Shown here: positions 1-8,749 of the stretch, piece after piece
How positions within the stretch are numbered: position 1 is the stretch's first letter
Layout: every line of letters starts with the position of its first letter
Source: Patescibacteria group bacterium
GTDB taxonomy: Bacteria; Patescibacteriota; Patescibacteriia; Patescibacteriales; UBA12465
Assembly: GCA_041665845.1 (NCBI GenBank)
Contig: JBAYIC010000002.1
Coordinates: 221 to 64,220, forward strand
Length of the DNA stretch: 64,000 bases
Direction: 5' to 3'
Position numbers and translations under genes: made by a program
The notes under the pieces: model-generated
Database searches by the model: none
The model's input: the letters and a program-made list of their open reading frames with translations, nothing else
What the model was told of the DNA's origin: nothing

Positions 1-1
1 A

Positions 2-884
2 ACTGGAACTAATGCTAGTACTCCTTCTTGCGGAACATATTGTCGCAGCAAAACTCAGACTTGTGATGTTAATGGCGCCTGGCCAGCTGATGGCTATACT
101 GGAACTGACTGCACTGCTTCAATATCTAAGACAAATAGGTATACAACCGCTTCAGTTACTTGCGGAAATACTTGTGCAACTCAGTCTCAATCTTGTACTT
201 ATGACGGTTGGGATGGCGGTTACGCGAGCTGTGCTCCGGTAACTTGCTCTGGTACTACCCCGGCTTGTGTAGCTGGAACTTGTAAGGCCTGTACTCCAAA
301 TGCGACTCGAACGATGTATGACCTCGGGACTAGCCCAGCTGGTTGCGGAACGTATTGCCGCAGTGAATCTCAAACTTGCGATGCTAATGGTAATTGGCCT
401 ACAGGCGGTTATACCGGAACATCTGATTGTACTGCTTCAATAAGTAAACTCTATAGACCAACAACTGCTTCAGTTACTTGCGGAAATACTTGCGCAACTA
501 GTCTCCAGTCTTGTACTTATGACGGTTGGACAGGTGGTTATGCAAGTTGTTCTGCAGTTTCTTGTTCCGGTTCTACTCCGGCTTGTGTAGCCGGAGCTTG
601 TAAAGCCTGTACTCCTGGAGCGACTCGAACGGCATATGAAACTGGAGGTAGTCCAGCTCAGTGCGGAATATATTGTCGTAGTAAAACTCAGACTTGTGAC
701 GCGACTGGTAATTGGCCGGCCGATGGCTATACTGGGACTAATTGTTCTGCCTTGGCTGCTACCAGAGTGGGATTTACAACAAGTTCTGTTACTTGTGGAA
801 ATACTTGTTCAACTCAGGCACAGACTTGTCTTTATGATGGTTGGAGCGGAACCGGGATTGGTGTTTGCACAGTAAATTGTTGTA
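2..884 (+). repeat. Intragenic tandem repeat with a 318-nt (106-aa) unit, about 2.8 copies; a diverged further copy starts at 1181
   Basis: Unit starts TGTACTCC..GCGACTCGAA at 290 and 608 (period 318 nt) and again at 1181. The partial first unit runs 2-289. Similarity is visible at nucleotide level, not only at protein level. Confidence 0.8.
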
Positions 885-2626
885 CGGCCAGCGCAGTAAG
901 TGGTTACTCATATAACAATATAAATTATGGTTCATCGCAAACTGGAGTAACAAAAAACGTTGCCCCGACTACTCCGGCGCCATCAAGTTATTGCACGGCC
1001 AATATTAGTTGTTCAGCGACCGGTGCGGTTACGGTTAACGGAGAAGCCGCTACTTGTAAGACGGGATTCTTTAATCAAAATAATGATTGTTCTGACGGTT
1101 GTGAATCACGATGCGGTAATGGTGTTTGTGATACAACTCTTGTAGAAACTTATGCTAATTGCGCGGGAGATTGTAATATTTGTACTCCGGGTGCGACTCG
1201 ATGGATGTATGATTCTGGTTCAGTTGCTTGCGGAATATATTGCCGTAGTGAACAACAAACTTGCCAAGCTGATCATAGTTGGAATGGTACTTATACCGGA
1301 ACAGCTGATTGCTCAACTTCATTAACCACTAGAACGCGTTATCAAATAAATACTCCTTGTGCTGCTGCTTGCGCTTCTGATACTGAAACTTGCTTATCAA
1401 CGGGAGCTTGGTACAGTGCGGCCGGTAAAGCATATACTTATGATACCTGCGTCCCGCTTACTTGCGATGGTACGGAAGATAGTATCTGCGAGGTTAATAC
1501 GTGTTCGAATAAGTGTTCTACAGCGGGGAGCCAAGATGGAGATGTATATAATGATGCTCAAGATGATGATTGTCCCGGCGGTGGCTGTGGTCAGTGTACT
1601 AGCGGTGATTGTTGCATCGTTGCCTCTGGTTGTTTTCAGCCGGTAACTCACTCTTGTGTAACCGGCTCCTGCGCTTCTCCTAGTAACGGCAATGGTTGTT
1701 CTTTTACTTATCAAAATAAATATTGTACCGGTAGCGAAGCCGCCTGTACTAATGGCGTTACCGCCGACGCTTCACCTTGGCCATGTTATTGTCCAAATGG
1801 ACAAGTTTGGAATGGAACAACTTGTGCTAATGGAAGTGATAGCGTTTGGTGTGCTCAGGGGACAACGTTTAGCTGTTTAGGCGATACTTTAGTCGCTAAT
1901 ACGCTATCTTGTAATGGGACTACTCATGCTTGTGATGTTGAAACCGGTGCGGTTACAAGAGCAACTCATGATTGTCCTGAAACCCCTTTAACCCCGGTTT
2001 GTGCGGGTGGCGTTTGTGTTGCTTGTAATGCAGATTCACAATGCGCGGAAGGCTATTATTGCCATACATCAGCTAGCTCATTCTATTGGTGTAACACTGC
2101 GACGGCCAATACTTGTCAAAAGAAATGTTGGTATTTAACTCAAACGGTAAACACGGCTTCGATTCTTGAGGGTAATATTACTGTTAGCGAGAGACAAGTC
2201 GGAGTTATTTCGGCGTATGATTGCGGTACTAGTGGTGGAACATATGCGACTACGTATGTTGACGATCCTCATTGCGATGGCGCCCCTGCCTGTCCGTATT
2301 ATTGTAGAGATGGCGGTAGTTCCGGGTATTATACTGGCTATACATCTGGAGATCAGTGCTATAAATATAGGAGTGGACCTCCCTGGGGTACGTATTGGGT
2401 AAATCGAAATAATTATAAATGTTACAGTAACGCATTGTTAAAGAAATATTATGGAGATACTTGTGCTCCTACCCTTGGCTCTACATCTGTAAATGGTGCT
2501 GTATCTTCAAGTGGTTCTTGTTATGTTCCAACGTATTGTGGTAACGGCTACTGTGATAGTGATGAAGATTGTTACATTTGTGCATATGATTGTGGCGCCT
2601 GCGAAGGAAATCCGCAGGTAGAGTAA
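2..2626 (+). CDS. Cysteine-rich extracellular repeat protein (5' end cut by window edge)
   Basis: Frame 2 is open from nt 2 (TGTNASTPSCGTYCRSKTQTCD...), so the tracked ATG at 314 is internal. I counted about 85 Cys in the 770 aa after nt 314 (~11%). Repeated unit: CTPxATR..CGxYCRSxxQTCDxxGxWPxxGYTGT..VTCGNTC..CxYDGW. Two CGNGxCD...C..DC modules (CGNGVCDTTLVETYANCAGDC; CGNGYCDSDEDCYICAYDCGAC). Stop TAA at 2624-2626. Confidence 0.75.
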   Translation, partial: TGTNASTPSCGTYCRSKTQTCDVNGAWPADGYTGTDCTASISKTNRYTTASVTCGNTCATQSQSCTYDGWDGGYASCAPVTCSGTTPACVAGTCKACTPNATRTMYDLGTSPAGCGTYCRSESQTCDANGNWPTGGYTGTSDCTASISKLYRPTTASVTCGNTCATSLQSCTYDGWTGGYASCSAVSCSGSTPACVAGACKACTPGATRTAYETGGSPAQCGIYCRSKTQTCDATGNWPADGYTGTNCSALAATRVGFTTSSVTCGNTCSTQAQTCLYDGWSGTGIGVCTVNCCTASAVSGYSYNNINYGSSQTGVTKNVAPTTPAPSSYCTANISCSATGAVTVNGEAATCKTGFFNQNNDCSDGCESRCGNGVCDTTLVETYANCAGDCNICTPGATRWMYDSGSVACGIYCRSEQQTCQADHSWNGTYTGTADCSTSLTTRTRYQINTPCAAACASDTETCLSTGAWYSAAGKAYTYDTCVPLTCDGTEDSICEVNTCSNKCSTAGSQDGDVYNDAQDDDCPGGGCGQCTSGDCCIVASGCFQPVTHSCVTGSCASPSNGNGCSFTYQNKYCTGSEAACTNGVTADASPWPCYCPNGQVWNGTTCANGSDSVWCAQGTTFSCLGDTLVANTLSCNGTTHACDVETGAVTRATHDCPETPLTPVCAGGVCVACNADSQCAEGYYCHTSASSFYWCNTATANTCQKKCWYLTQTVNTASILEGNITVSERQVGVISAYDCGTSGGTYATTYVDDPHCDGAPACPYYCRDGGSSGYYTGYTSGDQCYKYRSGPPWGTYWVNRNNYKCYSNALLKKYYGDTCAPTLGSTSVNGAVSSSGSCYVPTYCGNGYCDSDEDCYICAYDCGACEGNPQVE

Positions 2627-2670
2627 TAGCAATAGAGCGGCCTTTGCTTTATTATACAGCCCCATAACTA

Positions 2671-2699
2671 TTGACATTTATTGAAAAATAGTGTATAAT
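2671..2699 (+). promoter_or_regulatory. sigma70-type promoter TTGACA-N17-TATAAT upstream of the peptidase gene
   Basis: TTGACA at 2671-2676, a 17-nt spacer ending in TG, and TATAAT at 2694-2699. Both hexamers match consensus perfectly. Confidence 0.6.
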
Positions 2700-2777
2700 T
2701 AGATCAAATAAGTTAAGGTTATTAGGAAACCAAGCTTATTGTACGTTAAAAATATAAACAAATATATACGAAGAATC

Positions 2778-4736
2778 ATGAAAAATCTTGTTTTTTTTCT
2801 AGTATTATTGTTGTCTAATTTTGTTAATGGACAAAATTTGCTTGTTGTAAATGAGCAAATTTTACCTGATTCAATCGACAACATAGAATTCTTCCCACCG
2901 GCCGTGAAACAGCAAAATGTTCCCGACTGCACTCACATGGCTTTAATACGTAATTTAAAGTCATCTATTTATAACCGCGAGTATCATCGTAATCCTCAAC
3001 TGGCTGAAAACCAGTTCAGCCATACTTTTGTATGGAATCAAAACATTATTCCTGAATATGAAATGTCAACAGTTGATCAAGGGTTTTATTTTATGAAGTA
3101 TCAGGGCTGTGCTACTATCAAAGACTTTGCCGCTAATGAACAAAGTACCGAGCTTAAACCTTCGATTGAAATAAGGGAAAAAGCTTTAAAGTATAGAAGC
3201 AAACGATTGTTTGATGGCAATTTTTCCGTAGAAACTTCTTTCAAAGATAAAAATGGAGTAACAAAAAGATTAAACTCTTTAAAAGATTCCTTAAGTAAAG
3301 GAAAATGTTTTACTTTAGCTGTTTTTTTGTATAACTCCTTTTTCTTTGAGATGAATGAAAATAATAGGATGTATTCCTATTATTCTAACGCTGATTCAGA
3401 GACGCATCGTATTCCTCATGTTGTAACCGTAGTTGGTTATAATGATAGGATTGGCCACGGCGGAGCATTCAAAGTATTAGATGCTAGTACCGATAGGATT
3501 ACTGATGGAATTTTCTATCTTGATTTCAATTGGTTTTACGCCTTTAATCAGGATTTCCAATATTATTTTTTGGAAGAAGATTTCTCAGCCCCCGCTACAA
3601 CAACAGTCCTGCATCTTAGCATTTCTTCCGGCTTAATTCCCGACGATATATTCAATGGGAGATATATTTTTGCTGATACCTTGCTTAGTTTTTGGCGAGT
3701 ATTTGAAACTCGAGTAATTGATTTCCAGCATTTCTTTGATTATGCCTATAACAGAAATCAGTTCCAGGTAACAAGTATTAATGGAAATAGAATTAAGTTA
3801 AGAAGTAATCAGTTGTTTGCACCGGCTAACAATTCTGAAGGGAACTATGAAATTGTCAAAGACTTGACTGAGATTGATAATTTAAAATCACTTTCGGTTA
3901 CAGTATTTGATCCAATTTCAGCTGAGTATATTGGTGAAGCTGGTCAAACTATTTATTCTTATAGTGACAGAGCAGCAAATTGCCAAGTTAATTCTGCTAC
4001 GATTCATTTTTTAGAAACCAATAAAAATGTTCAAGCTCAAGTTACAGAGTTATCTGATACTACAATCGTAGTAAATAATTTTTATTCAGAACTGAGTTTA
4101 CTTTATTGGAATGCTGCTTGGTCTAACCCTGGATTTGTAAAAACCTGTACCTCTGTCTTAAAACGTACATTGATTACGTTTACGATTGAGGAACCTGCAA
4201 CACTGGTTATTACCAACCCTCCCAGTACGCTGAATGCTCTTACTAATAAGACTTTATCTTATTCGTTCGAGGTCCAAAACAACGATGGGCCGGTTACATT
4301 CTCTTTCCTTAACAAACCCGCCGAAGCTAGTATTACTAGCGACGGTAAGTTGACCTTTAAGTCAGCTAAAATAGGTACCTACAGATTTACTGTAATTGCC
4401 TCTAACAGCAAAGCGACGGACTCTTGCCCTGTTGCCGTTAAGGTTGAATTGGGAACTGCTACCGAGGATATCGAAATCCCCGAAGGTAGCTTTGATGTTT
4501 TTCCAAACCCGTTAAGTTATGTCGCCAATATTAAGTTCGCCTTACCTAAAAGGGGAACAGTGAACATCGGAATTTATAATTCCGTTGGACAATCTATTGG
4601 TAACATTGTTAACCAAACATATGAAGCTGGAGAACAGACTTTGGAATACGACGCTTCTAGTCTAAGAAGCGGAGTTTACATCTTTTGTCTTAAATCTGGC
4701 GCTTTCTCTAAGAGCATTAAAATAGTTAAACAATAA
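2778..4736 (+). CDS. Secreted papain-fold (clan CA-like) cysteine peptidase with Ig-like segment and T9SS type-A C-terminal sorting domain
   Basis: Signal peptide MKNLVFFLVLLLSNFVNG. Q-x5-C pattern QQNVPDC (Cys codon 2928-2930) and HVVTVVGYND (His codon 3417-3419). Ig-like stretch TLSYSFEVQNNDGPVTFSF..DGKLTF. The last 81 aa (4491-4733) read FDVFPNP..VNIGIYNSVGQ..SGVYIFCLKSG..KIVKQ, which fits the Por/T9SS CTD pattern. ATG 2778 is preferred over the tracked TTG 2739. Confidence 0.7.
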   Translation: MKNLVFFLVLLLSNFVNGQNLLVVNEQILPDSIDNIEFFPPAVKQQNVPDCTHMALIRNLKSSIYNREYHRNPQLAENQFSHTFVWNQNIIPEYEMSTVDQGFYFMKYQGCATIKDFAANEQSTELKPSIEIREKALKYRSKRLFDGNFSVETSFKDKNGVTKRLNSLKDSLSKGKCFTLAVFLYNSFFFEMNENNRMYSYYSNADSETHRIPHVVTVVGYNDRIGHGGAFKVLDASTDRITDGIFYLDFNWFYAFNQDFQYYFLEEDFSAPATTTVLHLSISSGLIPDDIFNGRYIFADTLLSFWRVFETRVIDFQHFFDYAYNRNQFQVTSINGNRIKLRSNQLFAPANNSEGNYEIVKDLTEIDNLKSLSVTVFDPISAEYIGEAGQTIYSYSDRAANCQVNSATIHFLETNKNVQAQVTELSDTTIVVNNFYSELSLLYWNAAWSNPGFVKTCTSVLKRTLITFTIEEPATLVITNPPSTLNALTNKTLSYSFEVQNNDGPVTFSFLNKPAEASITSDGKLTFKSAKIGTYRFTVIASNSKATDSCPVAVKVELGTATEDIEIPEGSFDVFPNPLSYVANIKFALPKRGTVNIGIYNSVGQSIGNIVNQTYEAGEQTLEYDASSLRSGVYIFCLKSGAFSKSIKIVKQ

Positions 4737-4775
4737 ATCGTTTGATTATGAAGATAGCCCTTACAGAAAATTCTT

Positions 4776-4810
4776 AAGACTCGTTACTTTTACAGTGCGA
4801 GTCTTTTTTT
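4776..4810 (+). terminator. Rho-independent terminator after the peptidase gene
   Basis: Stem AAGACTCG (4776-4783) pairs with CGAGTCTT (4798-4805). The loop is 14 nt and a T-run extends to 4810. Confidence 0.7.
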
Positions 4811-4828
4811 ATGCATTTGGATCTAAGT

Positions 4829-4855
4829 TTGACATTATTTCCGCTAAGATATAAT
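4829..4855 (+). promoter_or_regulatory. Candidate promoter of the MIO operon (TTGACA-N15-TATAAT)
   Basis: TTGACA at 4829-4834 and TATAAT at 4850-4855. The 15-nt spacer is short. A second candidate, TTGTCA 4871-4876 / TATTAT 4895-4900, lies closer to the ATG. Confidence 0.4.
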
Positions 4856-4921
4856 ATTATTTTGTAGTATTTGTCAAGTGATGTTTATTTTTTTTATTAT
4901 AACAATTAAAATTTCAAATTT

Positions 4922-6499
4922 ATGTCGATTTATAAAATTGACAATAAAAAGATTGTTTTAGCTGATTTCAATGATATTGTTAATAATTTAAATTGTAAAG
5001 TTGAAATAGATTATAAAGTAAAAAACAGTATTATTAAATCTCGTCGTTTATTAGATAAATTTGTAAAAGATGGCAGGATTATTTATGGAGTGAATACTAG
5101 TATGGGTGGTTTTGTAAATTATCTCGTTCCGATAAAATATGCGACTGAAATGCAAAATAATTTATTGTCATCAGTAGCCTCGAATGTTGGTGAATATTTC
5201 GAAGATTCTGTGGCTAGAGCTGCAATGCTAGCAAGGATTATCTCTCTTTCTAAAGGCGTCTCTGCAATAAGCCTAGACAATTTCATGATTTTAGTTGAAA
5301 TGTTTAATAAAAAAATATTTCCATGCATTCCACAAAAAGGATCGTTAGGCGCAAGTGGTGATTTGGGTCCGTTAGCATTTATTGCTTTAGTGGCAACTGG
5401 TAAATGGAAGGCAAAATATAATGGGAGAATAATGTCCGGTGCGAAGGCTATGAAAAAGGCAAAAATTTCTCTGATGACACTAAATTATAAAGAAGGCTTA
5501 GCTTTAGTTAATGGAACATCAGCTATGGCTGGTTTAGGTGCTATTACTTGGGATAGAGCCAACTCTTTATTAAATATGTATGAGTTTGTTTCTGCTCTAT
5601 CTTTTGAGGGGTTAGCAACAAAAACGAAGCCGTTCGATCCAAAAGTACATGAAAGGAAATTACATAAAGGTCAAAATTTATTTGCCCAAAGACTTTGGAA
5701 AATTTTATCTGATAGTAAATTAGCCATTAATGAAAAATCTGCTGAAAAACGTATACAACAAAAAAATAAAAATGAATTACAAAATTTAGATAGTCAAATT
5801 GAAGACGCCTATTCTTTAAGGTGTAGTCCTCAAATCCTAGGGCCAATTTATGATAATCTAAAATTTATTGGCGAAACATTGGAGAATGAAATTAATTCAA
5901 GTAGTGACAATCCTTTGATAATAGCAGATGAAGGAGACGTTTTTCATAATGGACATTTTCATGGTCAATATATTTCTATGGCTATGGATAATCTTTCTAT
6001 ATGCTTAACTACATTGTCCAATCTTTCTGACAGAAGAATTGATAGATTTATGGATAAACATAATAGTAACGGTTTGCCAGCTTTTTTGTGCAAAGAAAAG
6101 CCAGGCATTCGACTAGGATTAATGGGTGGGCAGTTTATGAGCACATCCATAACGGCGGAAAATAGATCTTTATGCGTTCCGCTATCAATTCAATCTTTAA
6201 CTTCGACTGGTGATTTTCAAGACATTGTTTCATTTGGCCTGATTGCAGCTAGGAGATGTGCAGAAATTTTAGATAATACTCTTTATATTGTAAGTTTTGA
6301 ATTACTTTGTGCCTGTCAGGCCGTTGATATAAGAGGGGCAAAAGGTTTATCGTCGTTTACGAGGCCTTTGTATAGAGAGGTGAGAAAAATAGTCCCTTAT
6401 TTTTCTTTTGATGATTCAATTACTCCGTATATTGAAGATTTAAAAGAATTGCTTGAAAATAGAAATTTAGTTAAAAAACTCGTAGCATTAATTGGTTAA
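4922..6499 (+). CDS. MIO-dependent aromatic amino acid ammonia-lyase / 2,3-aminomutase family protein (HAL/PAL/TAL/TAM family)
   Basis: GSLGASGDLGPLAF contains the Ala144-Ser145-Gly146 MIO-forming triad (nt 5351-5359). Inner-loop Tyr lies in IIYGVNTSMGGF. Length is 525 aa, typical of bacterial members. Confidence 0.85.
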   Translation: MSIYKIDNKKIVLADFNDIVNNLNCKVEIDYKVKNSIIKSRRLLDKFVKDGRIIYGVNTSMGGFVNYLVPIKYATEMQNNLLSSVASNVGEYFEDSVARAAMLARIISLSKGVSAISLDNFMILVEMFNKKIFPCIPQKGSLGASGDLGPLAFIALVATGKWKAKYNGRIMSGAKAMKKAKISLMTLNYKEGLALVNGTSAMAGLGAITWDRANSLLNMYEFVSALSFEGLATKTKPFDPKVHERKLHKGQNLFAQRLWKILSDSKLAINEKSAEKRIQQKNKNELQNLDSQIEDAYSLRCSPQILGPIYDNLKFIGETLENEINSSSDNPLIIADEGDVFHNGHFHGQYISMAMDNLSICLTTLSNLSDRRIDRFMDKHNSNGLPAFLCKEKPGIRLGLMGGQFMSTSITAENRSLCVPLSIQSLTSTGDFQDIVSFGLIAARRCAEILDNTLYIVSFELLCACQAVDIRGAKGLSSFTRPLYREVRKIVPYFSFDDSITPYIEDLKELLENRNLVKKLVALIG

Positions 6500-6503
6500 A
6501 TAT

Positions 6504-7730
6504 ATGCATAAAAAAAGAATTTTGTTTTGTGGCAACGGATTAAGTTGTGAAATTATAAAAACTCTTAAAGATAGCTATGAAATTTTTATGATTTCTGATT
6601 TTTCTAATGATATCGGTATAGAATATGTTGATAAGTTAATTATTGCAGAATCAAAAAACCCCGAAGCCGCCTTAAAAGCAGCCATCGAATTAAGTGAACA
6701 GGGCTATACTTTTGATGCAGTTTTAAGTTTGTGTTGGGACTCGGGGATGTCTGTTTCTAAAATTGCTGAACATTTTGGTTTGCCTAGTGTTCCCTTTGAT
6801 GTGTCTTATAGATCAACCATTAAATCGTTACGTTCTAAAATATTTGAAGACAATAATATACCGGCACCGAAATATAAATTAAGCACAAGTAAAAATGATT
6901 TTCTCTCCAAAATTAAAGAAATCGGTTTGCCCGTCGTTCTCAAACCAGTTAACTTGTCATCATCAAAAGGGGTTATATTATTAGAAAAAATGTCAGAACT
7001 TGAAAATGCTTATAACTATTGCACGGGTTTCGCCAAAAGTCAGGATGTTATCATTAATGAGTATATAGAGGGGGTGGAATATAGCACCGAAGGATTAATG
7101 GTCAAAGGAAAATATTATATGACGGGAATTTCAGAAAGAGTGTTTCATTATCAAAAATGTAAACCACTTTTTGTAGAAATAGGCGATATTATGCCGACCT
7201 TATTGAGTGAAGATGAAATATCCAAATTTTCTGAAGTTACCGAAAAAGCAGCTTTAGCATTAGGAATTACGGATGGAGTAGCAAAAGGCGATTTGATTTA
7301 TACCAACAAGAAAGAAATTAAAGTTTTTGAGATTACTCCTCGTTTGGGCGGGCCAAGATTTGGCACAGAAATGATTCCATTAAGTAACGGTACCGATATT
7401 TTAAGAGCGGCCATACAACAAGCTCTGGGGGAGGAAATAAATATGGATTATTTAAAAATAAAATTTAATAGAGGAATGGTTAATTGGTCCATCTTTCCAA
7501 ATCCTGGTAAGATAAAAAGTGTAAGAGGTTTGGATGAGATAAAAAATATGCCTGGTTATTATGATTTTAAGTGGTGGGGGGTAAGAACTTTAAGGATAGG
7601 AGATATAATTCCGAAACCCGAAAATATGTGCGGTGGCGTTGGTTATATTATTGCTACTGGTCAAAATAGAGAAGAAGCAATTTTAAATGCCAACAACATA
7701 GAGAAAAAAATTATTATAGAAACGGAGTAA
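6504..7730 (+). CDS. ATP-grasp carboxylate-amine ligase (L-amino-acid-ligase-like)
   Basis: ATP-grasp segments VVLKPVNLSSSKGV, INEYIEGVEYSTEG and VFEITPRLGG. At 408 aa it is a stand-alone enzyme. First ATG is 6504; the tracked TTG 6492 overlaps the upstream stop. Confidence 0.75.
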   Translation: MHKKRILFCGNGLSCEIIKTLKDSYEIFMISDFSNDIGIEYVDKLIIAESKNPEAALKAAIELSEQGYTFDAVLSLCWDSGMSVSKIAEHFGLPSVPFDVSYRSTIKSLRSKIFEDNNIPAPKYKLSTSKNDFLSKIKEIGLPVVLKPVNLSSSKGVILLEKMSELENAYNYCTGFAKSQDVIINEYIEGVEYSTEGLMVKGKYYMTGISERVFHYQKCKPLFVEIGDIMPTLLSEDEISKFSEVTEKAALALGITDGVAKGDLIYTNKKEIKVFEITPRLGGPRFGTEMIPLSNGTDILRAAIQQALGEEINMDYLKIKFNRGMVNWSIFPNPGKIKSVRGLDEIKNMPGYYDFKWWGVRTLRIGDIIPKPENMCGGVGYIIATGQNREEAILNANNIEKKIIIETE

Positions 7731-7765
7731 ATTGAAGCGAGAATAGCAATATTAGTAAATATTTT

Positions 7766-8746
7766 ATGATTAAATTAGATATTTCAAATCAAATTAAACT
7801 AAACGAGGATGTAATCAAAAAATTGCTAAGTGTTTATGATGTTAAATATCAGAGTTATAAATTAATAAAATTTGGAATAGAAAATATTAGCGCCTTTATT
7901 TCAACTAAAGAAGGGAAGTTTGTCCTACGAGTTTATAGAAATAATAATAAAAAATTAAGTGATATAAAACTTGAACTCGAGTTCATGGCATTCTTAAGAA
8001 AGAATGGTGTTAAAACTCCGAAAATAATTGGAAATCATCACAAGCAATCCCTCAGTAGGAAGAAAATTGACAATAAGTTTTGGAATTATATTTTAATGGA
8101 ATTTGTAGACGGAGCACATTTAAAATACAATCAAATTAATTTAATTTCTTCCTTAGCTAAAGCGCAGGCGATTATCCATAAACATACCTCTAAATTTAAA
8201 ATAATTTCAAAAGATTATCATAATTTCAGAAATAGATTGAATTCATTTGTTTCAGAATATAAAACTAATAAGCCCTTTATCTATAACAAGTATGGTGAGG
8301 AATTAACTATTGAAACTATAGAAGAGGTTGTACATGATTTAAAGAAAAATTTAGATGCTCTGCAAAAACTTCCATCAGGCTTAGTGCATCTTGATTATCA
8401 CGGTTCAAACATTTTAGTAAAGGACAACAAAATTAATGGAATTATTGATTTTGATGATTTATCTTTCAGTCCGTTTGTTGCCGATTTAGCTAATTCTTTA
8501 TTATGGTGGACATATTTAAATCAAACTAAAAACATTCAAAAAATAAAAGAGAAATATTTACTGGAATATCAAAAATATAGAAAATTGTCTAGAAATGAAC
8601 TAGCTTTAGTCGCATTGCTCATGAGATGGAGAAATGTGTCAGTCGGATTAAATCTGGAAAATTTCAAAAGAATGACAAAAAAAGATTGGCAAAGAATAAC
8701 AAATTTTGATTTATTATTAAAAAATGATATTGATTTTAAAGATTAA
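7766..8746 (+). CDS. APH/choline-kinase-type phosphotransferase (homoserine kinase type II-like)
   Basis: Catalytic loop LVHLDYHGSNILV (HxDxxxxN) and metal-binding GIIDFDD. N-terminal lobe contains FVLRVYR. Confidence 0.75.
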   Translation: MIKLDISNQIKLNEDVIKKLLSVYDVKYQSYKLIKFGIENISAFISTKEGKFVLRVYRNNNKKLSDIKLELEFMAFLRKNGVKTPKIIGNHHKQSLSRKKIDNKFWNYILMEFVDGAHLKYNQINLISSLAKAQAIIHKHTSKFKIISKDYHNFRNRLNSFVSEYKTNKPFIYNKYGEELTIETIEEVVHDLKKNLDALQKLPSGLVHLDYHGSNILVKDNKINGIIDFDDLSFSPFVADLANSLLWWTYLNQTKNIQKIKEKYLLEYQKYRKLSRNELALVALLMRWRNVSVGLNLENFKRMTKKDWQRITNFDLLLKNDIDFKD

Positions 8747-8749
8747 AAA

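Noticed and set aside
12-2435. Nine short tracked ORFs lie inside or antisense to the Cys-rich gene: 12-242, 152-373, 636-875, 960-1145, 1359-1646, 1397-1714, 1692-1880, 2166-2402 and 2250-2435.
   Set aside because: All are fully embedded in the long frame-2 ORF, which has clear repeat and domain structure. Their translations are low-complexity Leu/Val/Arg or Ser/Thr/Arg strings typical of off-frame shadows.
2699-2932. A 77-aa minus-strand ORF overlaps the peptidase promoter and signal-peptide region.
   Set aside because: It runs antisense across a consensus promoter and the 5' end of a well-supported gene, and has no recognisable features.
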